The translations under genes were made by a program, and so were the position numbers. From Candidatus Thorarchaeota archaeon (GTDB taxonomy: Archaea > Asgardarchaeota > Thorarchaeia > Thorarchaeales > Thorarchaeaceae), in NCBI GenBank assembly GCA_048882485.1, contig JBHLRP010000059.1:1-18668 (forward strand): DNA of 18,668 nt, written 5' to 3'. Shown one piece after another: positions 1 through 8,561 of the stretch (position 1 is the stretch's first letter; each line of letters starts with the position of its first letter). The notes beneath the pieces are model-generated. The model searched no databases, was not told where the DNA came from, and was given only the letters and a program-made list of their open reading frames with translations.

Positions 1-140
1 ACCCAGGCCGCACCTGCTTCATCTCTCTTCCTCTGCTGCTCATCGAGCTCTTGGAATCTCTTCCGCATTCGATCTCGTACTTCATCATCATCGTTGTTAG
101 GTATTTCACCAGACGTCACATTTGTCACCAATATCACCAT
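1..140 (-). CDS. Partial hypothetical protein (5' end; runs off left edge)
   Basis: Open frame from ATG at 140 (alternative GTG starts at 128/119): MVILVTNVTSGEIPNNDDDEVRDRMRKRFQELDEQQRKRDEAGAAW...; TATA-like TTTATATG on minus strand at 153-160. Confidence 0.6.
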   Translation of the reverse strand, partial: MVILVTNVTSGEIPNNDDDEVRDRMRKRFQELDEQQRKRDEAGAAW

Positions 141-257
141 AAGCAACAAATGCATATAAAGTTGACGATGATGACATTGGGTCGTCCTCTGATATGGCAA
201 AGCTATTGATCTCCCCTTCTTTGGTGATCATTAAGCAATGGAAGCGTTGATCATGAA

Positions 258-292
258 GCAGACAGGTCCAATGTTCATCTCGCCATGACCAC
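258..292 (-). repeat. Degenerate anchor-3'-end repeat, copy K
   Basis: gcagacaggtcc..cgccatgaccac; minus strand reads VVMAR[1-nt deletion]GPVC; ends 3 nt from the stop of the 296..853 gene. Confidence 0.6.
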
Positions 293-295
293 CAA

Positions 296-853
296 TCACT
301 GAGTATATCCTAGAGGAGAGGGTGGAGTAGTCAATATCATCTCATTCCCATTCTCCCATTTCGTTAGAACCCTACTATACAGTAGGGTGCCCTCGTCAAT
401 TGTTGGAGAGAAGATACTGTTTCTTACATTGGTGAACTCAAATACAGCGCTCCCGCCTGGTCTGATCATAGGCCACACAAAATACTGGATATTTGAGTCC
501 AAGTCGAGTGTGGCAAGGGGCGAGCAATTGTCGTAGAAATAGATAGTCATTCGAACAGCATAAAAATACTCGACTGTGATGTTGCCAATATTTGTAACGT
601 TAATCCAGATTATTGTATAGAACGGGGGCCCCTCGTCTGGGATATCCGGCATGAAGTCTTGCCAGTATATTGCCTCTGCCCAGCCTTCAAGTTCTCCTTC
701 AATGATGATTTCTGGTTCTTCTCCAGGTGGCCCTGGAGGAGGCGGGATCTGTAGTGGATTGGAATCTGCAATCAATAGCATTCCTCCAACTACACCAAGA
801 CCTAGAACTGCGACTAGGATGATGCCTGCTGTAGTTACTTTCCAAGCTGACAT
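296..853 (-). CDS. Hypothetical N-terminally anchored/secreted protein
   Basis: 185-aa ORF with N-terminal hydrophobic helix, Pro-rich linker (PPPPGPPG) and beta-rich domain. Confidence 0.8.
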   Translation of the reverse strand: MSAWKVTTAGIILVAVLGLGVVGGMLLIADSNPLQIPPPPGPPGEEPEIIIEGELEGWAEAIYWQDFMPDIPDEGPPFYTIIWINVTNIGNITVEYFYAVRMTIYFYDNCSPLATLDLDSNIQYFVWPMIRPGGSAVFEFTNVRNSIFSPTIDEGTLLYSRVLTKWENGNEMILTTPPSPLGYTQ

Positions 854-891
854 GAATATACTAGTACATTATGGCTCATCCAGATATAATA

Positions 892-937
892 CTAGATTTT
901 AGAACACCTAGTCTAGATTTTAGAACACCTCAGTCTA
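892..937. repeat. Tandem duplication, ~21-bp unit
   Basis: ctagattttagaacacctagt followed by ctagattttagaacacctcagt and cta, in the divergent intergenic region. Confidence 0.9.
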
Positions 938-1006
938 TTACGAGACTGCATGTTCTAGGTTGCAGCGAAGCATTATTCACGAAATATTGAGTCCGTAAAC
1001 AGGAGT

Positions 1007-1504
1007 ATGAAGAATGGAACTAAGGAAAGGGACGCCCTCAGACAACTGCACGACGGCGTTAGGCTAGTTGGTGAGGGAAAGGCGGAGGAAGCCGAGGCCA
1101 TCTTGAGGAATGTCTTGAAGTCACATCCAGAAAACGCGGATGCCTTGTGGCTACTTGGGAGAGCTTTGACACAACAAGGACGACTTAAGGAGGGTGTAGA
1201 TCTCTATAGCAGAGCCGCTCAATTGGAACCAAACAGAGCAGTCTTTCACGAGTCCCTTGGCACCACGTTAATACAGATGGGGAATGTTCCTGAGGGGAAA
1301 AAGGCCTTGAAGAAAGCATTTGAGCTCGATTCAGAGGCTCTTAAACCCGCCGAGTATACTTTTGGTAAGCTCATAGAGGAGAGTCCAGAGAATAAGATCT
1401 ACTGGTATGGACTAGGAATTGTACTTGAGCTGCAAGGCAAGATGGACGTGAGTCAGAAGGCGATGTTTAAGGCACGTCAGTATGATAAAGGTCTTGACTG
1501 CTAG
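1007..1504 (+). CDS. Tetratricopeptide-repeat protein
   Basis: TPR-pattern helices (ADALWLLGRALTQQGRLKEGVDLYSRAAQLEP; AVFHESLGTTLIQMG..ALKKAFELD); GGAG just upstream. Confidence 0.9.
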   Translation: MKNGTKERDALRQLHDGVRLVGEGKAEEAEAILRNVLKSHPENADALWLLGRALTQQGRLKEGVDLYSRAAQLEPNRAVFHESLGTTLIQMGNVPEGKKALKKAFELDSEALKPAEYTFGKLIEESPENKIYWYGLGIVLELQGKMDVSQKAMFKARQYDKGLDC

Positions 1505-1533
1505 AGAGATACTCAATGCAATGGGCTGACACT

Positions 1534-1575
1534 CAGATATTGAAGTCCGAATATCTCCTGTTCCATGACAACCTG
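1534..1575 (-). repeat. Degenerate anchor-3'-end repeat, copy J
   Basis: cagatattgaagtccgaatatctcctgttccatgacaacctg; minus strand reads QVVMEQEIFGLQYL in frame. Confidence 0.8.
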
Positions 1576-1643
1576 ATACTAATACTAGGCCGATACAAAG
1601 TATTGATAGGCCCATGTGCTAAATAGACTCTAGATTGACCTTC

Positions 1644-2075
1644 ATGTCGTGGTGGACGAAGAGGCGAACTGCTCTAGCGATAGTCACTAGTTTCATTCTA
1701 TGTCTATCAATACTCGTCATAGCTCCTAGAATCCTTCATGTCAACCAAATACCCGGTTCAGACAAGCTATGGCAAACGTCAGAATCATATCAGCTCTCTG
1801 GCAACGATTCTTTCACTGTGACCATTCTGTCAGTCGAAATAACCTTTCTATTCAGGGAGGAGGTTCCTCTTGATGCTCCAATCCCTATTCATTTCAGGGT
1901 GACATTCCCAGATAGCACGATTGAATATCTGGAAACAACAGTGAACGGAATTTTGATGCAACCACCGCGAGTCGTATTCACCAACCATACGAGACCTCAA
2001 GCAGCGATTGTTTCAGCTTTCGGAGATGCAGATGAAGAATGGTACGGCTGGTATTATGCTGTATCACTTGGATGA
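1644..2075 (+). CDS. Hypothetical membrane-anchored protein
   Basis: ORF (track start 1635; first ATG at 1644) with basic N-terminus and TM helix, then a beta-rich domain. Confidence 0.7.
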   Translation: MSWWTKRRTALAIVTSFILCLSILVIAPRILHVNQIPGSDKLWQTSESYQLSGNDSFTVTILSVEITFLFREEVPLDAPIPIHFRVTFPDSTIEYLETTVNGILMQPPRVVFTNHTRPQAAIVSAFGDADEEWYGWYYAVSLG

Positions 2076-2163
2076 TTTGGTTCCCGCCCCTTGCATAGAG
2101 AAAGAGATAGGGCAAGCATCTTCGAAATTGCATATGCAGTCACATTTGACTTGGGCTATCCTC

Positions 2164-2907
2164 TCACAACCCTACATCATGCAGAGGACTGTTCTTTACC
2201 TCATCTAACTCCTCGGGAGGCCATCCTCTTGGAGTTTCAAATGATTTGGAGAATCTGAAGTCGCACCGAGGATGACCCATTGCAAGAGTCTGAGTTCTTC
2301 TAAACCCTGCTCCGATGCCACGCATCCTAGCAAAGTCACTGAGACACACATATGGCGCAATTTCCTCGCAGTGATTCTCGCGTGCCAATTTTAGGAACCC
2401 ACACTCAATAAAGTCAAAGCCATACTCATTTTTTCCTTCCACGAATTCCCCAACCCAGTTCATGGGGAAATCACGGTTTAGACTCTCTTCCATGGCTCTC
2501 CTCCATCTATTCTTGTAAAACCGAGTGAATAGCAGGTGGCGTGCAAGCCACTTCTTGATTCCTGAAACCGACTGAACCTGTGCTTCTCCTATAACATAGA
2601 GCAGCTCACCAAACAGTCTATTTTCTAGGTCAAGCATTTTGCACGCCCTATAGAAGGCAATGGTCTGGCCAGATTGAATCATCAGGTTCGTGAATTGACT
2701 CTTCTTTCCACCGACGTATGGAAGTGAAGGTACCACTTTTTGATATTCAATTCGTGATTGATCCACTAGATTTCCCAAGGTTTCATTATCGAAATACTTG
2801 GAGCCAACACTCTTGGCGATTACTAAGAGACTCTCGAAGTCCTCCAGAAGTTCTGCGCTATCGTAGGCCTGTTCCTGGCTTTCCTGATTCATCATCTCTC
2901 TTCCCAT
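2164..2907 (-). CDS. L-2-amino-thiazoline-4-carboxylic acid hydrolase (ATC_hydrolase) family protein
   Basis: Family-typical C-terminal pattern FDFIECG..EIAPYVCLSDF..FRRTQTLAMGHPRCDFRF. Confidence 0.85.
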   Translation of the reverse strand: MGREMMNQESQEQAYDSAELLEDFESLLVIAKSVGSKYFDNETLGNLVDQSRIEYQKVVPSLPYVGGKKSQFTNLMIQSGQTIAFYRACKMLDLENRLFGELLYVIGEAQVQSVSGIKKWLARHLLFTRFYKNRWRRAMEESLNRDFPMNWVGEFVEGKNEYGFDFIECGFLKLARENHCEEIAPYVCLSDFARMRGIGAGFRRTQTLAMGHPRCDFRFSKSFETPRGWPPEELDEVKNSPLHDVGL

Positions 2908-2970
2908 TCCATCATTGATTCGATTTCATTTAGTTGTGATGTTCTACGAATTCGTGATAGAGATAGATGC

Positions 2971-3010
2971 TCTCGAATTGAAACCTAAATCTACATCTGT
3001 TTCTCTTACC
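2971..3010 (-). repeat. Anchor-3'-end repeat, copy I (last codons plus 3' flank)
   Basis: tctcgaattgaaacctaaatctacatctgtttctcttacc aligns with 18592-18630 tctcgatttgagactagaattacatctgcttctcttgcc; encodes EKQM*. Confidence 0.8.
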
Positions 3011-3027
3011 AATTGGATTCTGTCCCG

Positions 3028-3840
3028 TCAATAATGAGGGTCCAATATTGCTACGGTACAATTCGCAAGATCTGCAAAATCCTCTGCATAGAATCTGCGT
3101 TCAGTTGCGAACCCGACTCCCACATCCCAGTGTGTAGGGATTGCATACTTGAGATCTGAATTAATTTTGAGATCTTCTATCACTTTTGCTGCTTCACTCG
3201 CATTAGTCCATGCATGATTGGGAGAATCACTGACTGGCAAAATAGCTATATCTACTTCAATGGATTGCATTTCAGGGATACGATCCGTGTCACCCGCATG
3301 ATAGATTCTGGTCCCTTCAAAATCGATTATTACACCAGTGTTGTTTTCGGATCTTACATGCATTGGAATGTCTGTTTGATAATAGGTCCCGTTGTAGCAA
3401 TAGCTAGGCACAAACTCAAAAGTTACCTTTTCAAATGGAAGAAAATCTCCAGGTCTGACCGTATAATTTGCCTCAACTATTTCAGCTGGTTCTTGCGATG
3501 CTATGACAATTGTTTCATTATCGGATAGATTCCTAACAAGGTATGAGGAACAATGTGTCTGATGATCATGCGAAATTACAATGAAATCCGCTGTTTCCAG
3601 AAATGTATCACTATCATCCAAATAGATCTGTGCCGGATCTATGTAGACCACAATGTCATCATATTTCATTTTGAATCCCATGATCTTCAGAAACCATATG
3701 TCGACTCCATTATAATGAATGCCCTCTGGCGGTTCTAGCAGTGTTTCATCTGTGGGACGATTGAGAGTGAAAACGTATGAGACCGCGCCCACAATCAATA
3801 CACACGCAATAGCGATTCCTATGAGATGGTTTCTGTTCAT
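3028..3840 (-). CDS. MBL-fold metallo-hydrolase (Lactamase_B_3/UlaG-like), N-terminal TM anchor
   Basis: VYIDP, ISHDHQTH (HxHxDH variant), IYHAGDT, IPTHW motifs. Confidence 0.85.
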   Translation of the reverse strand: MNRNHLIGIAIACVLIVGAVSYVFTLNRPTDETLLEPPEGIHYNGVDIWFLKIMGFKMKYDDIVVYIDPAQIYLDDSDTFLETADFIVISHDHQTHCSSYLVRNLSDNETIVIASQEPAEIVEANYTVRPGDFLPFEKVTFEFVPSYCYNGTYYQTDIPMHVRSENNTGVIIDFEGTRIYHAGDTDRIPEMQSIEVDIAILPVSDSPNHAWTNASEAAKVIEDLKINSDLKYAIPTHWDVGVGFATERRFYAEDFADLANCTVAILDPHY

Positions 3841-4172
3841 TCTGAATATGCTCCTGATGGATGATATCTTTTCCTCCTTGGATTCGGCGCATATTGGTCC
3901 AGTCTACATTCTACCCTTTATTAAGAGCATATTTCCGCGCAAGAAATGAGGTCTACAGTCAGCCCATTTTCCACACATTTCAACTCCAGATGATTCTGGA
4001 TAATCACAGTTGGAGTGACTTGCATTTTGGCATTGGGATTGGTCATCCGATTTGGTCATACATTCATTGCAGAGGTGATCTTCCTTGTGACCGTTGATTC
4101 AATCTATTTGCTCTGCCATGCAAGGAGATAGGGAGGAGTATCAGCCAATCAAGATTAGAAGTGGCTTTAGAG

Positions 4173-4199
4173 TAGATAGTCAGGTCCGACTATCTCCTG
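4173..4199 (-). repeat. Anchor-3'-end repeat, copy H
   Basis: tagatagtcaggtccgactatctcctg; minus strand reads QEIVGPDYL. Confidence 0.75.
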
Positions 4200-4225
4200 A
4201 GAGGGATTTCGCAGACACCAGTAAG

Positions 4226-4846
4226 CTATACCTTTGGAAATACTCTGCCTGTCCGATTCATATAATCCAGATACTCATCACCAAACTGGTCAATCATCAT
4301 TCCCTCCTCTTTCTTCATCCTTCGATATATGCCTGGAATTATCAGTATGAGAAGAATCAGGAAGAGGAAGTTATCTGAAACCAGTATTAGTGCGCCCAGA
4401 AAATAGATTGCAGATGCATATATGGGGTGTCGAATCCTTCCATAGGGTCCTGTAGTAATGAGAGTCTGTTCCTCCTGAATTTGAAGTCTGTCAGAGTAAT
4501 TCTCAGCGAGGGTTTTTCCGACCCAGTATGTGTAAGGAATCAGAATAGCTGCAGAGATCACACCAAGTATCCGGATTTCTGCTGGTAGATACATATAGGA
4601 CCAAAGCATCCATGGTGGGTCAAGAATATACAGTGCAGCAACGATGAGATTTCCATACCAGGAGATCGCTATCGTGATTAGGATATACCAGCCTTCTTCC
4701 TTCAAGGCTGCACGGCGGTCAGTTTTTGATGTTTCAAGACTTGGGAGTCCTCTTGAGGGAATGAGCCTTGAGAGTAAATAGAAGAGCCAGAGCAACAGAT
4801 AGATGATTCTAAGGGCTAGATTTAACATGTCGGTCACACTCATCAA
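4226..4846 (-). CDS. Isoprenylcysteine carboxylmethyltransferase (ICMT/PEMT) family membrane protein
   Basis: Multi-TM; LITTGPYGRIRHPIY, EE..M...FG.EY..Y..RTGR..P. Confidence 0.9.
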   Translation of the reverse strand: MMSVTDMLNLALRIIYLLLWLFYLLSRLIPSRGLPSLETSKTDRRAALKEEGWYILITIAISWYGNLIVAALYILDPPWMLWSYMYLPAEIRILGVISAAILIPYTYWVGKTLAENYSDRLQIQEEQTLITTGPYGRIRHPIYASAIYFLGALILVSDNFLFLILLILIIPGIYRRMKKEEGMMIDQFGDEYLDYMNRTGRVFPKV

Positions 4847-4850
4847 TAAC

Positions 4851-4895
4851 TGAACAAATGTTCATATATACGTTCCTAACTGAACAATGATTCAG
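4851..4895. promoter_or_regulatory. Two TGAA-N6-TTCA palindromes (putative TetR operators) flanking a TATA box
   Basis: TGAACAaaTGTTCA (4851-4864) and TGAAcaatgaTTCA (4881-4894), both preceded by TAAC; TATATA at 4865-4870. Confidence 0.7.
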
Positions 4896-4937
4896 ATACA
4901 GCCATATAGGTGTGTTTCAAGTTCAAGCCGGATAGTC

Positions 4938-5546
4938 ATGGTGAAAGGTGAGAAGAAGTTCACACGTGACAAGGATGCAAAGATAGAACGAATAATCGAA
5001 ACCATGATAGATATCGTTGGAGAGAAGGGACTACATCAGGCCAGCGTTAGGGACATCCCGGGTAGAGCAGATGTCAGTATTGGCACAGTTTATCGCTACT
5101 TCCCCAGAGGAAAGGTAGACATATTCTTTGAGATCATGCGAAGAAACATGCGGAGTATTACAGACCTGGATCTCCCTGATGCCTTGGACTATGCAGGGTT
5201 CCTGAAGGTCTGGTCGAGCATCATAGAGCATGCAATTGAGATGCGCCGGTCAAATCTATTTACACGGGAACTTGTAAATCCTCAATTGAGTGAAGGTCAA
5301 GAAGCATTTCAAGAGATCACTAGGATCGCATCGCGCTTCTATAATGATTTAGCAAAGAGATTCAAAAAAGTCAGTCAATTGCAGGGTTGCTCTGAAGCAG
5401 AGATATTTCGGAAGATTGCCCTGCTTCTCCACATTCATGACAGAGTCATCAATACTCACATCAAATTCCCAGTCTTCTCTGATGATTCCGAACTTAGGGA
5501 TTATCTCCTGCGCATAGTCGAAATCACCTTTGAAACATGTGGCTAG
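4938..5546 (+). CDS. TetR/AcrR family transcriptional regulator
   Basis: N-terminal HTH SVRDIPGRADVSIGTVYRYFP; likely start ATG at 4938 (track start 4887 overlaps the operator). Confidence 0.9.
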   Translation: MVKGEKKFTRDKDAKIERIIETMIDIVGEKGLHQASVRDIPGRADVSIGTVYRYFPRGKVDIFFEIMRRNMRSITDLDLPDALDYAGFLKVWSSIIEHAIEMRRSNLFTRELVNPQLSEGQEAFQEITRIASRFYNDLAKRFKKVSQLQGCSEAEIFRKIALLLHIHDRVINTHIKFPVFSDDSELRDYLLRIVEITFETCG

Positions 5547-5581
5547 TCAAGTCCGAATGCCTCTCGTGTCATGACTATCTG
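5543..5581 (-). repeat. Anchor-3'-end repeat, copy G
   Basis: ctagtcaagtccgaatgcctctcgtgtcatgactatctg; minus strand reads QIVMTREAFGLD*; overlaps the TetR stop. Confidence 0.8.
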
Positions 5582-5819
5582 GTACGACCTAATTCCCCGC
5601 CTCAGTGACTGCCATGATGATGGTTGATGGTCGAATCACCGAACGTGGTGTCCTTACACCTAAATGTTGTATTCCTCCCGGCCGATTCATTGAGGAACTT
5701 CGCTGAAGGGGTATTGACATCAAGCACAGGGTATTCTGATCATTGTCATATTAGGCATATGAAATCTGATGAAACAATGATTTATAGACTGCAGCTTGTA
5801 TCATTATCTGGGAGTTTAG

Positions 5820-6479
5820 ATGAAACGAGCTACTGTGGCCTTTATTTCGATACTCATGGTGTCATCTGTCATTGTAGCTATTGGTGTTCTTCAACTTCCA
5901 CCTTTTTCTCCTTCTGAACCGTTGAACTTCCGATGGGGTGTAGAAGTTGGTGAGGAGTTCAGTTTTCAGATTGAGGTATTTGGATGGGATTACAATGGCA
6001 GCGAAGCAATTCCGTTTATTGAGTACAACAATACTCAGATTATCGCGAGAATTGTTCATTTGCCAAATGTAAGCCTAGTGGACAATGAAACTGAATTCAT
6101 AGATGTCATTGGAATTTTGAAGGTTGAATGCATGTTTAGTAATGGCACAGAGATTCCAATAGATATACGAGACGGATATTATGAAGATACAGAGATTTCT
6201 CTTCCAGAGCTAATCTCCAGAGCAATATTCCCCGTTGGTGGATGGGAATTCATTGATGACCTCTATGATGACGTTCCATATACTAGCTATCCTGATGGGA
6301 AATTATCAAAATTCGATGGCGATAATTTCTTCTACGAAGATGCCTGGTATTACTACGACTTTGGTGCTGGATGGAGAGTCTATCTAGATTTATCAGATGG
6401 GTCACCAAGTACAATTGAAATCTGGGAGGAGGACTTCCTCACTATTGGTGAATATAGTGTTGTTCTTACCCGATTGTAG
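5820..6479 (+). CDS. Hypothetical secreted/anchored acidic protein
   Basis: 219-aa ORF, signal-like N-terminus, several NxS/T sequons; TTTATA at 5781-5786. Confidence 0.8.
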   Translation: MKRATVAFISILMVSSVIVAIGVLQLPPFSPSEPLNFRWGVEVGEEFSFQIEVFGWDYNGSEAIPFIEYNNTQIIARIVHLPNVSLVDNETEFIDVIGILKVECMFSNGTEIPIDIRDGYYEDTEISLPELISRAIFPVGGWEFIDDLYDDVPYTSYPDGKLSKFDGDNFFYEDAWYYYDFGAGWRVYLDLSDGSPSTIEIWEEDFLTIGEYSVVLTRL

Positions 6480-6955
6480 ATTATCTTCCATTTCCCCTGA
6501 GTGGTACAACTCTGCAAAGCATTTTCATCAAACTTGAAGGGAGATAGAGAAGAAGGGAAACGTCATCTTCGAATGCTAGCATTTCAAAGGGATGCTCTAA
6601 CGGCCGGGCGAGCAAAGAAACATGAGAAACATACATTCATCTGGAAGCATCAAGTATTGACTATGATTTTGGAGGGCTGTCGATTTGATGCGATTCTCAT
6701 ACAAGGCCGCGTCAATAGTTGTATCATTTCTACTTATCACAATATCCGGAATGCCTCTCAAATTGCATGGGTTTTTGGAGATGAACTGTCATTGAATCTG
6801 AAAAGGATTGGCGCTACAATAATCGGAGTGATTGTTGCAATGCTCCTAGTTCTTCTCATAGTATTCTGGGTCTGAGATTTGAGGATAAGTCAAATTGGCA
6901 GAAAGAATCAGCTCGATATTGTGGGTGCTTCTCTTCTGAAATAGAACAATCATGA

Positions 6956-7525
6956 CTACGAATGTATTGCACTCCAAGCAATCTCACATGCCTGCCTGAT
7001 ATTATCCTCATCCATCTTGATTATCCCTGCATGATGGTAATTCAGAAGAGTGATGATGGGGACATAGGCAAAAGCAGTTAGGATGGGAAGGGGATGGTCC
7101 ATGATTGTATTTTCCTTGATGCCCCGTTTGAGTAGGTCATCAACCGTCTGAAAGAGCTCGAAGTCCTCCACTCTGATCTTCCTCATCATTGCAGTCTGTT
7201 CAAACTGCTCTCGATACGTGAGATACTCTGGATGCTTGAGATTGAAGGTAAAGGAGTGATACCAAATAGACTTGAAGGTCTCCTCTATTGTCATTCCCTC
7301 CTCAATCCCCTCTAGTGCACCCCGACTCATCTTCTCTCTAATGTCGACATACAGCTTGGTGAAGAGATCCTCCTTGTTTTTGAAGTAGATATAGATGGTT
7401 GCTGGAGAAACCTTCGCCTTCTTCGCAATCTTCGAGATAGAGATGCCATCAAAGCCTAGCTTGTTGGTCAAATCAATAGTTGCTTTGACAATCGAGTCGT
7501 ATTTTGTCTGATCGCGTGTCCTCAT
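6956..7525 (-). CDS. TetR/AcrR family transcriptional regulator
   Basis: GFDGISISKIAKKAKVSPATIYIYFKNKEDL. Confidence 0.95.
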   Translation of the reverse strand: MRTRDQTKYDSIVKATIDLTNKLGFDGISISKIAKKAKVSPATIYIYFKNKEDLFTKLYVDIREKMSRGALEGIEEGMTIEETFKSIWYHSFTFNLKHPEYLTYREQFEQTAMMRKIRVEDFELFQTVDDLLKRGIKENTIMDHPLPILTAFAYVPIITLLNYHHAGIIKMDEDNIRQACEIAWSAIHS

Positions 7526-7559
7526 TGTGAGCTATTGCGTACCAAGAAAGACATATAAA

Positions 7560-7603
7560 TGAATGGTCATTCACTTAATGTATAATGAATGAACGTTCAC
7601 TTA
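7560..7603. promoter_or_regulatory. Paired putative TetR operators
   Basis: TGAATGgtCATTCActta (7560-7577) and TGAATGAACGTTCActta (7586-7603) between divergent genes, interleaved with the TATA-like TATAAA/TATAAT. Confidence 0.7.
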
Positions 7604-7612
7604 TGAGGTGGA

Positions 7613-8197
7613 TTGTACATGATGAATTCGAATAGTGACGAACTGAAATCTGAAGACGGACGGAGAAAACTGCGCCGTATCGCGCTTGCGAGTTTCTCAC
7701 TAATGATGCTCGTTGCGACGCTTGTGATCGTCCTGTTGCAGATGTCCGGCTATGCCGGTACAATGGAAGACACTCAGCTCGGTTTCAATGCAGAGATTAT
7801 TAGGAGTTATTTCTCACTCATGAGTCCTACAGATATGGGCCTCTTCATTACAGCAAACCTTGCTGACTATCTCTTCATGCTGTTCTATGGGATCTTCTTT
7901 TTCAGTGCCGCTAGACTCATTTCATGGAACTATAAGAGCGGTCTCCCAAAGAGGATTGGTTTATCACTTGCATGGGTTGGTGTCATAGCTGCTGTTCTAG
8001 ACGGGATTGAGAATGTGTTCCTGCTCTCGATGACTGCAGACCCAGCGGGGTTCGCTGGATGGCTCGCGATTGCTCACTCGAGCTTTGCCCTTGCCAAGTT
8101 TCTCTTTATGTATGCGGCAATGGCTTGGCTCATGGTGGGTTTTGTGGTTAACAGGACCCCTCTAGTGGCACATCTGATGTCAAGCCAGATTGTTTGA
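7613..8197 (+). CDS. Hypothetical integral membrane protein (~4 TM)
   Basis: 194-aa hydrophobic ORF with DYLF..Y and D.IEN motifs; GAGGTG upstream; start may be ATG at 7619. Confidence 0.85.
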   Translation: MYMMNSNSDELKSEDGRRKLRRIALASFSLMMLVATLVIVLLQMSGYAGTMEDTQLGFNAEIIRSYFSLMSPTDMGLFITANLADYLFMLFYGIFFFSAARLISWNYKSGLPKRIGLSLAWVGVIAAVLDGIENVFLLSMTADPAGFAGWLAIAHSSFALAKFLFMYAAMAWLMVGFVVNRTPLVAHLMSSQIV

Positions 8198-8256
8198 GAT
8201 GAAAAGAAGAATGAGGGAGCGTAAAGCTCCCTTGTATTTTTTGATGATAGATCTGC
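8198..8256. terminator. Hairpin/terminator; also the 3'-flank portion of the repeat (copy F)
   Basis: gatgaaaagaagaatgAGGGAGCgtaaaGCTCCCTtgtatttttt matches 16838-16870 gatgaagaatgAGGGAGCatgaaGCTCTCTcta, the flank of copy B. Confidence 0.7.
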
Positions 8257-8264
8257 GGTTTGTA

Positions 8265-8360
8265 TCACCTTCGTTTCAGAAAGATGACCACAACTGCAAC
8301 TATCGCAACAGCGGAAACTACTATAATCACAATTGGCAGCCAATCAAGCTTGACGTTTGG
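8265..8360 (-). pseudogene. Orphan C-terminal TM anchor of a surface protein
   Basis: Minus strand reads PNVKLDWLPIVIIVVSAVAIVAVVVIFLKRR*, with no room for an upstream body before copy E. Confidence 0.6.
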
Positions 8361-8487
8361 CAAGAGATGGATCGAGAAGGGCTACCTACGAAGAATAGCT
8401 TCTCTTGACTTCCTCAAAAGGTAACAAAGAAAAAGGATGAGGTCGCGGTTTCTACAAGTTATCGACTAGACTGTAGGCAGAATTGGG

Positions 8488-8557
8488 TTGCATCTATTTC
8501 TCTTGCCTATGGAAGGTAGTCAGTTGAGAATATCTCCTGTGCCATGACGAATTTGGG
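8488..8557 (-). repeat. Anchor-3'-end repeat, copy E (near full length)
   Basis: catctatttctcttgcctatggaaggtagtcagttgagaatatctcctgtgccatgacgaa; minus strand reads PKFVMAQEIFSTDYLP[2-nt deletion]QEK*M. Confidence 0.85.
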
Positions 8558-8561
8558 ATAC

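Noticed and set aside
5624-5917. 97-aa ORF, and the full 124-aa ORF at 6501..6875
   Set aside because: Non-ATG starts and no motifs. The first overlaps a better gene; only the 3' TM part of the second looks protein-like.
8397-8406. gcttctcttg, a 10-nt match to copy A
   Set aside because: Too short, and no flanking homology.
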